Positions 1 to 12,600 of a stretch of DNA of 64,000 nucleotides are shown piece by piece. A model generated the notes under the pieces. That model made no database searches and was not told the DNA's origin. It was given only the letters and a program-made list of their open reading frames with translations. Position 1 is the first letter of the stretch. Each line of letters opens with the position of its first letter. A program made the translations under genes and the position numbers. The stretch covers positions 62,001-126,000 of the forward strand of contig JAUCBJ010006766.1 in NCBI GenBank assembly GCA_032718475.1. Reading direction: 5' to 3'. The stretch comes from Nemertoderma westbladi. Its lineage: Eukaryota; Animalia; Xenacoelomorpha.

Positions 1-601
1 CACGGTGTCAGTTATCTCCTGGCCGGCTGCCTGTCTTTTCCCCTACCCTACTGGAGAGAGAGTGGCCAACAATTATTTGAGTCCCTTTACTCATGACCGT
101 TCTAGCCCAAAACAAACCCTAAGTTTGTGAGAGGAAGATGGATTCTGGAGTTGGAGGCTACTCTCAATGTTCCACTCCGACCAACCAAGCCATTATTGGT
201 GTACCGGAGGCAAATCATAAGACTATCCTCAGTTAATACCACTCGGGTTCCCAATGCGACAAGGTGAGCTGACAGCCATGGCTTCATCTTTATGCAGTGG
301 GTGTGGTGTTCAAGAATACCGAATACAGGCTGGACAGATTGACGAGGTTCTGATTAGGATATGTGAGGTGGTTGGCGACTTGCCCTCGCCTCAGGCGATC
401 GCAGAATGGTAATGGAAAAATTGGCCTAATGAATTATGTTATTTATGAATACAACTGCACTTACAGCATTGGACGAACTTCTGGACTGCGGACGCTACAT
501 ATACAAAAGGGATCATAGACACATTTGATGATATTGTATCATCATCTCGATTTACAAAATCAATATTAAATGTCTCAACGCTAATATAACAAGAAACTTA
601 C

Positions 602-3600
602 CTCTTCATCGTCTCCATTAGTACCCAACTCGAAAGTAATATGACTTTGTCCAACGGTGTCTCCTATTACCCAGCCTCCTGAATCGAAGTCAGCCCCGTC
701 TGTGTCTCCAGGACCGAGATACCTAAGATAATAATTAAATTTATTGATATTACCGGCATCACTTTATAGAGACGTGTATACGTTACGGTGTAGTGTTACT
801 CGCTATGGGGTGTGTTAACATACTTATACTTATTAATATATATACCTTATTATTAAATATCTGGGTCTGGGCCAGGTATACGGGGTAACAGTTTATTCTA
901 GAACACTGAATGTAGACAATTATTTGAGATATGATTGCCATTATAGGCAGAGCGCGGGATTAACGTTGTACTCTCCTTGATAAAGGGCCAAAATATGATA
1001 GCCCACTCCCTGGCGAATAAATTATTCATCCGTCCTGTTAGCTCAGTGGTTATAGACACAAAACATTCGGCTGAAGATAACCGAGGGTTTAATAACCGGA
1101 GGACCCAACTGGGTCGGGTGATATATGTTTAGACAACGACACCTCTTATACTATAGATTAATGTAAAATAAAAGTGATGGGTGAAAGTGTGAAATACGAA
1201 TCACCGCAGGCAACTCCTTCCTCTCGCCTGTTACCTGTAAGGTAGGGACGGCGACACACTAACTCCCAAGGGTTAATAATGAATAACCATCCAACCCTAT
1301 CTTAAATACTACATCCGATTTGAACCTGCACCGCCAACACTCCTTTCAGGCGCTGTATTCACTCGGACATTGCGAGCGACAGGATCATGGGGAGAGAGTA
1401 ATCATTGCGATTCCAATAATTACAAGGTCACATTGCGATTTTGAAAACAGTATACTAATTGGATAGTATTTTGTACATATATTTCAATTTATCAATTTAG
1501 TTAATATTACTGTATGCCTGCTGCATACAATCTACATAATTTATGCTATCGCATTATTGACCAATAGCAATGCCAAACCGGAAGTACCAAATAAATACCG
1601 AATGCCTGTATAAACCATTCGCCATTGCCAATACGATTGGGCTATATTTATATACTAAGGAATAATAACTTGATATTAATTGCATTGCCTTCATAGCAGA
1701 TTCAGTAGTAGGATTATTCTTGTAATACATTTACAATTTACAGTACAATGTACGCATTTATGATATTATAAAGTTTATCAGTAACTAATTTGTAAGACAA
1801 TAAATAATTAAATAAGTCAGGTTTGGCTAGTATAGTAGTTTGGCTATAATAATCGGTTTGCGTTATATTCGAAATTTTTTTCAACCAAAAGTTAAACACA
1901 GAGCACAGGTAACAGAGTGGCGGCCCAAAGCCTAATTAAAACGTATAGGGTTTCATGTCACTTTTAATGATGGTTTGTTGGTCAGGCCTAACCAAAATAA
2001 CAAACGGACAACCAAAGTAAAAGCGATTCAAAGTTACAGCACAGCCTCAGTGTTGATACTGTGTTAGCATAGTGTGAGTAAAACCATTGATATGAAAAAG
2101 GATTAGAGCGGGTTAATTATCTTTGTTACATAATAAATTATACTTATTATTAAATAATATTCATGCCTTGCCTAAAAAAATTAGTGAATCTGCTTCAAAA
2201 AGTCACTAAAAACACATTATTTTAAACTGGAGTACAATACTATAAATTTTAAACTTAATATTTTTAATAATTTGCACTAAATTTTTAACTATGAGTGTAT
2301 TTACTATTTACTGTGCTTTTAGTTGATGGCGCCTTGAAATATCTCAGATACGGTGTTATATAAATGTTATATATAATTATTATTCACTTCGCGCGAACAC
2401 ATTATAAAAGATGGAGAGAAAATATTCGCTTCGACTACAAGGTCTATTTGCTGTTGCTATCAGTATACTGTTTGGGTATTATTTGGACTCAGGGGGAATT
2501 GTTATAATATCATTAATTCAACGGATATTTGCTAGCTTGTCCTGTATTTATGGACTAGTAATACTGCATATCAGTATCTGCCATCCTAGCAGTATATGTT
2601 CAATAGCTACAATGATCCTACATTACATGATACAAACTATATTTAAATTAATATCAATTATAGGGAAGTGGCGATTGGACCAAACTTCCGTAAATGTTGT
2701 CGATGTTCAACAACGCTATCTATTAAATTTCCTGAAAGATTTCAAAGATACTGAATACGCTCGTGATAACATTCCAGAAAATATACAATCACGTGAGCAA
2801 TTCGCCAAGCTTACACCCCTTACAACATATGCCGACTACACAGCTTACATTGATAGAGCTTCCAAAAACATTGCTAATGTCTTGTTTCCAGGTAAACCAG
2901 CATTTTTAGCTGTAACGTCGGGAACAAGCGGTGTCAATAAACATTTTCCGGTGCAAAATCTGACGCAAAGACGCTCATTTTGTGGTGGGCTTCAAATGGC
3001 ATTCTATCCTCTCACACAGATGTGTGGATCTAACTCTGGTCCTATGATTTGTCCAATAAAAGCTCCGCCACCGAGTTTGCCAACCAACGATTATGGGTTG
3101 ACTGTTTGTCCGATCTCATGCAGAAAGAGTAATATCGGCACAATACCGAAGACTTCACCTATGGATGCCTACTACTTACGCAATGACCGCGATTCACTCT
3201 ATGTCCACGCTGTTTTTGCATTACTGGATAAAAATGCAATCGTCATATTTACTACCTTTATATCCATTGTCTCTGATTTTTTTTCATTAATCGAGCAGAA
3301 ATGGAATAATATTCTCTATGACATAGCTAAAGGTCAACTAAGTTCCAGCCGCGTAGCCAGGAATTTCCCACGGTAGGGTCCCAGACCCCAAATTGTAATT
3401 CATATTTATAGTAGTTGTGGGTGTGGGGGAAGAGCCCCCCCCCCCCCCCCAGCGTAGTCCAGGTGTGATTGTTTGGAATTTTAACAAAATGCCCGCCACA
3501 CGTGATGTGTAATGTTTAGTAGGGTACGCAGCAAACTTCGCCCGCAGACAATCTTCTCCCGCGAGCAACCATCGCCAACTAAACAATTATTGTTTTGGTT

Positions 3601-6600
3601 AGAAAAAGCCGTTTCTGTAACCTGCTCCTTACCTTAAATTGGTAACAACATCGTTTATTGTTTTGGTTAGAAGAAGCCGTCTCTGTAACCTGCTCCTTTC
3701 CCTTAATTGGTAACTAAAATGGTTACTAACACAAATCTTATTGGGCGAAGGTTGTTCGCGGTGGAAGATTGCCTTGCGGGCGAAGGTTTTCCCCGGGGTG
3801 AAGTGTGGACGCGGGCGAAGGTTGTACTCGGGCGAAGGTTGCACCCAACCTGTAGCCTGTAGTACAGTAGTCGGTATACTACTCATTCTGAGTAATGCGC
3901 ACCAGTACATGTTCATTCCCCCAGTAAAGCCCCCCCCCCCCCCCCCCCCCCCCAGTAAAGATGAGTAATTTAGAAAATCCGCTATTAAGAATTAATATGA
4001 TAAAATCATAGTTATAAAGTAAGTTACTGAAATTACAAATGAAATTGAATTAATAAATTAAATTAATATTATAATTAAACTGAGGGGACTGTTTTACATA
4101 CGGTCATTTAATTTGGCTTAATTGGAAAGATTAAAAATAATACTTTAATTATAACAGAAAGTTTTTATGTTTCAAGAAACTGCTATTCGCGTGTCATTTA
4201 TCCCCCTGTCATTTAGCTTTAAATCATTTACGTAATGATGTGTCATTTAAACTCATTAACATAATAATAGTTATACGGCATAGCAACTGGTCTGGTCGTC
4301 ATGCTGTCATGGCTTTTCAGTAAATTTAATAATATTTCTATTAAGAACAGTTAACTTATTCTTAAAAACTAGTACTATAGGCCCTACTACCATGGAATCA
4401 TAACAACATGTATTGATAACATAAAAGTATTGCAAAATGACAGTAGGCAAATTTCAATTCATGTCATTTAAATTAAGGGACGTAAAATTTAAATGTGCTT
4501 CCGTTTTTTAAATACCTTATTTACAAATCGGCGATTTCCATTTAGTTAAATGTCGCTTCGTGAAACAATCCCCCACCCCACACCATGGTATATTATTTTA
4601 TAAACTGCCACATTTTGAAATTGAACTAATTATGGTACCGGTACATTATTAAATACACTTTTTTGATTTATTGAAAGTAAAAAAAAAACGTTTTTTTGTT
4701 AAAAAAAATTAATGTTCTAATTAATTACATTTCAAAGTAATTTTCATGGTATTAATAATAATATTGAATTAAAATACATAGCCACCCACAGGTTATTTAG
4801 TTGTGACTCGGCAAGACAAGCTACGCAATATCCAATCACGTTGGTCAGTGTACCCAGAAAAAATTACATAATTCATTATATTACATCAGAGTCAGAGTGC
4901 CTATCTTATTTATGCTATCTTTCATTGGTATATATTGAACCCTGCTTGACAGGCAAGGCACAGCGACGTCGTCTAATCAAAGCACAGAAACCAAGGCAGG
5001 AGCCAGTGGGCGCCCCCCTGCAGTGGTCAATTGGGCTCCATTTCATTGCTTTACATTACAGACTATTAAACTGGTTGAGAGATTATATAATATAGGCCTA
5101 AGTAATAAGCTGGCTTTCTAAGAACATTGTATGATATTATGATGCCTTATCATGGGGGCGGGGGGGGGGGGGGGGGGGGGTGCCTGAGGGAATTATTGGT
5201 AGTGTGGCTGGAGGCCTGGCTACAACACTTTGATGGGGTATATGGTCTCCTTTCTACTACTTATTTTCTTTGGCAACCTGCCTGGGATAATGTGGATTGT
5301 ATCTGGTCTGGGGTCGGGCTCCTTTCCAAAGCAACTTCAACTTCGAATATTTTCTAATATTCGGTTTATTGCACTTGTCATTATAATTTTTTTAATTTAA
5401 CGGAACTTGACGATGGCAAAATGCTCTCAGAGTTAGTGTAAGTTGGAATCTCCACGGTAGGGTCCCGGGACCCTGGGACCCTACCCTCGCTACGCTAGTG
5501 CTAAGTTCATCCTTGGACATTTCTGATGAAATGAGATCGAATCTCAATGGGAATCTGCAAGGCGTAAGTGCCAAATATAGAAGGGAAAGGGTTGCGGAAT
5601 GTAAGGATGAGTTCCATAAAGGATTTATTGGCATTGCCAAACGCTTGTGGCCACATCTAAACGGAATTGTTGGTATATCAACCGGAGCGATGAAAATATA
5701 TTCGATCAACCTTGAGAAAAGATACACAAAAGGGATACCTATTGTCTCTTGTATCTATGCCTGTTCTGAGTTAGGAGGTCTATATATGGCATATTGTTTG
5801 CCTGGAATTATCCCAAACGACCAGTATGTGGCACATCCTGACTCCGCTTTCTTAGAGTTCATTCCAGTGGATAATGACAATGCAGTGGACGATGACATTG
5901 TGGGAACGAAATTCCTCGATCAACTGGAAGTTGGTTGTAAGTATGAGGTTGTAATAACTTCCCGTATGACTGGTCTTGTTCGATATAGAATGTTCGATGT
6001 CTTCCGAGTTACAGGATTATACAACCAGTTACCTATCCTTGACTACTGTTACCGAGACAACCAACTACTCAATGAATCCGGTGAAATGGTCACTGAGGAT
6101 GACATTGTTACCGCTCTATCAGATGTTATGAATGTTTGGGAGGACTGCCTAGTAAGGGATTACCTTGTTGTACAGAACAATCTATTTGTGTCTCTACTAG
6201 ATGGAGATACTAACGCTAATTATTATTATTTGTTGTTTATCGAAGTAACAAGATTGTTGACAGAAAATGATGCATCTCTTATCGACAAACATTTAATGAA
6301 TATTAGTTTGGGATACCGAAATTGTCGAGGTTCTGGTTCCATTGGTAAGGTTGAAATAAGACAAGTTCCTAATGGGTTTTTTAATAGTTACAAACAGCGA
6401 ATTCTAGAAGCCAATAAATTGACGTTTTCTGGACAATTTAAGATGCCCAGAATATTAGTTAACCCAGATAGGATTACTTTGATTCAAGATGTTCTTAACT
6501 CAATGTAGTAGTATCAATTTATATAGTTGCACCAAGTTAACATATCGGAACTACTCACCTAACAACTGGAATATCAACAGGATCCCCTGATGGACAACAG

Positions 6601-9600
6601 GTTAACATATCGCGCTACTCACCTAACAACTGGAATATCAACAGGATCCCCTGATGGACAACAGGTTAACATATCGGAACTACTCACCTAACAACTGGAA
6701 TATCAACAGGATCCCCAGATGGACAACAGGTTAACATATCGCGCTACTCACCTAACAACTGGAATATCAACAGGATCCTCTGATGGACAACAGGTTAACA
6801 TATCGCGCTACTCACCTAACAACTGGAATATCAACAGGATCCCCAGATGGACAACAGGTTAACATATCGCGCTACTCACCTAACAACTGGAATATCAACA
6901 GGATCCCCTGATGGACAACAGGTTAACATATCGTGCTACTCACCGAACAACTGGAATATCAACAGGATCCCCTGATGGACAACAGGTTAACATATCGCGA
7001 TACTCACCTAACAACTGGAATATCAACAGGATCCCCTGATGGACAACAGGTTAACATATCTCGACACGGTGGTTCAGGTGTGGTTACACGAGAGGTGGTT
7101 ACAACAGTGGGAGCAGGAGTTGTTGGTGGAATTGTTACATCTAAATAATAATCACCGATATTATATATATATATGGAACTAGAATTTTATTAAAATGCCG
7201 GTCATTCATGTCGGGCTATAAAATGTTGTCTAAATACCGGGAGCGGGGGGGGGGGGGGGGGGGGGGGTGGGAGAATCTACAAATAGTAAAGAAGTGTCTG
7301 ATTTTTATTTTGCAGGTAGATTTCATTAGTTTCCATTTTTCTGAAAAAAGTTGTTCTAAAATTCGTGTGATGCTCTTTTCGGTTTTCGAGAGATTTTTTA
7401 AGATCATTGGGTTACTGTAATGTCAGTTTTAAACCGCTACTTTCAAAACATTATGAAAAACAACTAACCGCAGTTGATTCTAATGGAATGCGCATATAAA
7501 ATTCTATAGGAAGTTTTTTTAACTTTTTGAAAATTTTAAAATTTTAAAATCATAAAATAGGCGAGTCAATCTAGCCGAAAAAGGGGGTCAACCCATAACA
7601 AATTCGCAATTCATCCAGACCAATTTTTTTTATTCTACATTACCTTGTTAAAACCCCCAAAAAAGTCTATAAAAGTATATTATGCGGATCACCTTCAATT
7701 TCCTGTTTCATTCCTTAGCAACATGGATTTTACATAGCAACAAGGGGTCTATTGGTGGGATTTTCTCCAAATTTGGTACAGACAAACTTTACTCTAATGA
7801 CTATCGATTGACAGAAGTATGCACTTCTATATGGTTACCAATTTAGTTTCCAGAGCAACGGAAATTTGTCTAATAATTTAACCATTTTTAATACCAATTT
7901 TGCTGGTACAATATAAGGGACCTTATTTACACAACTTATCTACTAAACGGGTGGATGTAACCTCGCCCATCGGATTTATCTACCTCAAAAACCCTTATCC
8001 CCAAAAAATTTATTCGTTATATGATAAACTATTGTGGTTTCTAAACTAAAACAAATAAATAAATTACACCTAAAATCAATAGAGCAATCATAATTTAATT
8101 ATGTGAAAAATCTTCACTAACATTAATGGAAATTATGAAATTTCCTTGCAGTGGAATTGTATAATTTTTTTACAACAGTTACCTTAATATAACGTGAAGT
8201 TTTTGATATATTTAAAAATTTGATGCGACTTCTAGTTTCCAAGATATAGCAATTAATGTGTAACACGCCAGTGTAAATATTACTAATTTCCCATTGAATC
8301 ACAGCTTATTGTAAAATTAATTAAATTATTCTGGAACATCACCAATTTGCTACTTACTTTTCCCTACTGTTCCTTTTGTTTGGCTTGTCTTATGCAAATT
8401 TAAGCAGAATTTCCACGAATAAACATATGATCCGCAAAATAAAATTTTGTAGACTTTTTTTTGGTCATTTATAAGGTAATATAGAATCCAAAATATGTGG
8501 TTCGGATTGATTGCGAAATACTTATGGGTTTTTTGCTAGATTGACTCGACTAAACGTCAACTGCGTTTGTCTCGGGTTGCTCCTGCTTACCCAAAATACA
8601 AACTACAAATATAAATAATTTGCAGAATACTGCACAATTAAAGAAAATTCACTAATGTATTCAATTCAATTATATTTCTAATAATATACAAATTCACATT
8701 AACAATTAATAACACTAATTAATTAATTAATTAATATATAGTTAAAATAATTAATTAGCTAATTAATAGCTCACAAAAAGCTAGTAATTTCTCGACAATA
8801 TGATTGATAATAATGCATATCATAAGTTTACCTGTGTCGCATCCGAGCACATCAATATGGATTCTCGCTCCGTTCTTAACATCTGCGATATAAATAATAA
8901 CTCCAGTGGCTAGAACTTCAACGTCACTGAAATCCTTGATGTCTTGTAACTGTTGGTTGAGTCCATCCCCGGTGTAATACTGAAATAAAGCATTTAATAA
9001 TGTTTGGAGTTCGGATGGGCCAATCTTGTATAATAGCTATGTAATCTACTACTATAAATCGTCCCTTTCCATTTTCCATTACAAAAGCTACACGTCATGT
9101 AACAGAGTGGCGCTGAACTAACTTTTCGTCGAAGAAAAATTCCAGGGCAGTTTCATTGCACATTTTGAGACACAAAAAGTGGTGATTGTATAATTATGTT
9201 ATTCCAATTACGCTGGACTTAGTAGACTCATTCGAACCGATAAATTTAGTGTGTCGTGTGTTTACTGCATCAAAACAACAGTAGTGATGGATTCTCGTGA
9301 TATTCCACGGAATTGACGGGGTTGACTCAACTCAACAACAATATGACAATGTGAAATAAACACATCACAAATATAATAATTGAATTTTCTCACAGATTAA
9401 ACATTCGGCGGCGCTTTATTCTAACAATAATAATAATTGATGTGTAGTTTGTGTAGACAGCATATGGAAGCAAAAGTATAGTGATATTTTATTGAGATTT
9501 TGCATAAAAAAGTTAGGCCAGGCCAATATAATATGATACCCAAAGAAACTTTAGTCGGGGAGACCTACACCTTTAGTATAAACTCAAGAATCAATTATTC

Positions 9601-12600
9601 GACTATTGTTTTGATGGTGTGGGACACCCACTAAATCGATCATTACAGTTCGAATGGGTCAATATTTAATTTCATACGTTGTTCACTATATGGCAATACA
9701 TTTAATATAATATCGGAATTTAATTATTTAGAGAAATACAGTATCAATTGTCAAAAGACTTTAATATTATAGTTTTGAAATGAGGTATTGAAGTGTCTTA
9801 AAAATCAGTTTCCATGGGAATTTATGTTTACAAAAAGTCAACTACTGATGTTACTTGTTGGCATAAAAATTGATTCATATTAACTATTACTAACAACAAA
9901 CCTACCTATTAATAGGCCAGGGTAGTTCTTGTCAAGAGTTGAGCCGTTCAAAAACACGATGTGGTTGTGTGTGTGTATATATGTATAACCATCCAATATC
10001 TCAAAAACTCAAGCAGGTACGCAAAAATTTTAATAACAAACTCTACATAAATGTTGGTTGCGCACAAGACTGTATATTTTTTGTGGCGTTTCGATCACGG
10101 GGTCACTGAAAAATAGCGGTTTTGAAAATTTAAAGTCGAATTTCACCGATTTCAACTCGTCGAGTATGCCCCAACTTTTTTATTAGGGCTATTCAGTCAT
10201 CTGAGCAACATATTTGAGCCTCAGAATCTTTTCAAATATCGCCGATCTCGCACAGAACGTCGCCAAAATTTGTTAGTCCGGCAAAAAAACGCACTAATTC
10301 GTCTAAAAGAGTAAATTATTGGTTGCAGAATAATATGATTCATAGATAGATAGATAATAGATTTATTTATACATTGTGTAAAAACAATAACAAATACACC
10401 AAACAATGTACCGGTATAAAGGTATTGTCCAACATAACATATATGATTACCCCTAAAGCTTTGCAGCTTATTTCCAAAAAATAGCGGTTTTGAAAATTTA
10501 AAGTCCAACTTTAAAGTTGCAGAATAATTTGATTCAACTAGAAAAGCCAGCAAGCTGGCTAAGGAGACCGTCCATATAGACAAACGTAGTGTTAGTTGTG
10601 TCCCTCCTCATTCATTATCAACTCCCTCACACCTAACATAGCAGTGAGTAACCTTATAGATTATTGTCATAGGATTCACTGGGAAGAGCTATTCAGCTGG
10701 AGGGGTAATACATTATACAAACTTACAGTTGATGTTTGATTACTGTCTAGGATAGAGTGAGAGAGTAATAAATTTAGCAAGTAATATACCTCTCTGCAGT
10801 TTGGGCCTATCCATTCAATAAATAGTAGTAGCTTACTAGGCCCACATGAGTACCAGCAGCTGGTGTTTCTATCGTTGAATTGATGGCAATTTTCGTGTTT
10901 TAATTTTCGCTCACTCAGGGTACTGGTTTGAGGGGCAGGTTCGTTTAAAGCCAGGTTGCTGGCTTTCTAGTAGTAAATTAAATAATATAACACATCTATA
11001 ACACATCTACCCAAAGAAACTTTAGTCGGGGAGACCAACACAAACTCTAGAATCAATTATTCGACTATTGTTTTGATGGTGTGCGACACCCACTAAATCG
11101 GTCATAGCGGTTCGAATGAGTCGACATTTTATTTCATACGTAAAATCAGTTTCCATGGGAATTTATAGTTTACAAAAATTCAATTACTGATGTTGTGGCA
11201 TAAAAAATTGATTTATATTAACTAATTATATTCTAATAAATTAATATTAATGTTTCTAAAAGAACCTACCATGGGTGTTTTGGCGCCGTCTAATAAAATA
11301 TCCCATGTATCTAATAGTTGGCCGTCGGTGTCGAATTGTTTTGTCTCTCCATCTTTATCTTCGAATTCCACGCGGAATTGTAGACCTGAGTTACTGGTTG
11401 CAACATCTGAAAATTTAATTTAATAATACTATATATCATCCTGAATATAGTGGAATAGGGAAAAAATTAACATTTTTTTGCATACCAATTTTTTTCCAAC
11501 ATAAAAACAGTATATACCAAGTTTTTGTCTCACAATATTAATGTTGAAGGAAGGGTGGCAGGTTGAGTGCCTGTCTTAAATTCTAATGGTTGTAGGTTCG
11601 AGCCCCGACAGGGTCCGCTCAGCCTATCACAAATGTTGGTTGATATAATGATTATCAGTTAAATTAGAGCAAAACTAGGGATATGAGTAGCGCCCACCCA
11701 TACCTTCGGGTAGCAGATAGGAGTAGCGCCCACCCCTACTATCGGGTAGCAGATAGGGGTAGCGCCCACCCCTACCTTCGGTTAGCAGATAGGAGTAGCG
11801 CCCAACCATACCTTCGGGTAGCAGATAGGAGTAGCGCCCACCCATACCTTCGGGTAGCAGATAGGAGTAGCGCCCACCACTACTATCGGGTAGCAGATAG
11901 GGGTAGCGCCCACCCCTACCTTCGGCTAGCAGATTGGGGTAGCGCCCACCCCTACCTTCGGGTAGCAGATAGGAGTAGCGCCCACCCCTACCCTCGGGTA
12001 GCAGATAGGGGTAGCGCCCATCCCTACCGTCGGGTAGCAGATAGGAGTAGCGCCCACCACTACCTTCGGCTAGCAGATTGGGGTAGCGCCCACCCCTACC
12101 TTCGGGTAGCAGATAGGAGTAGCGCCCACCCCTACCCTCGGGTAGCAGATAGGGGTAGCGCCCACCCCTACCGTCGGGTAGCAGATAGGAGTAGCGCCCA
12201 CCACTACTATCGGGTAGCAGATTGGGGTAGCGCCCACCCCTACCTTTGGGGTAGCAGATAGGAGTAACGCCTACCCCTACCTTCGGGTAGCAGATGAGTA
12301 GCGCCCACCAATACCTTCGGGTAGCAGATAGGAGTAGCGCCCACCCCTACCCTCGGGTAGCAGATAGGGGTAGCGCCCACCCCTACCTTCGGCTAGCAGA
12401 TTGGGGTAGCGCCCACCCCTACCTTCGGGTAGCAGATAGGAGTAGCGCCCACCCCTACCCTCGGGTAGCAGATAGGGGTAGCGCCCACCCCTACCTTCGG
12501 CTAGCAGATTGGGGTAGCGCCCACCCCTACCTTCGGGTAGCAGATAGGAGTAGCGCCCACCCCTACCCTCGGGTAGCAGATAGGGGTAGCGCCCACCCCT

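Noticed and set aside
1-420. GC-richer stretch with a short Cys-containing frame (LCSGCGVQE)
   Set aside because: Possibly a decayed retroelement end, but too short and motif-poor to call.
1031-1375. tRNA genes (A/B-box-like motifs at ~1031-1104 plus, ~1300-1370 minus; also 11550-11610)
   Set aside because: No intact cloverleaf or anticodon arm; better explained as SINE heads. tRNAscan-SE would settle it.
2411-6508. Horizontal transfer of GH3 from plants or bacteria, or contamination
   Set aside because: Animals have GHDC homologs, base composition resembles the host, and the gene is embedded in a host intron; lack of introns alone is not evidence without a phylogeny.
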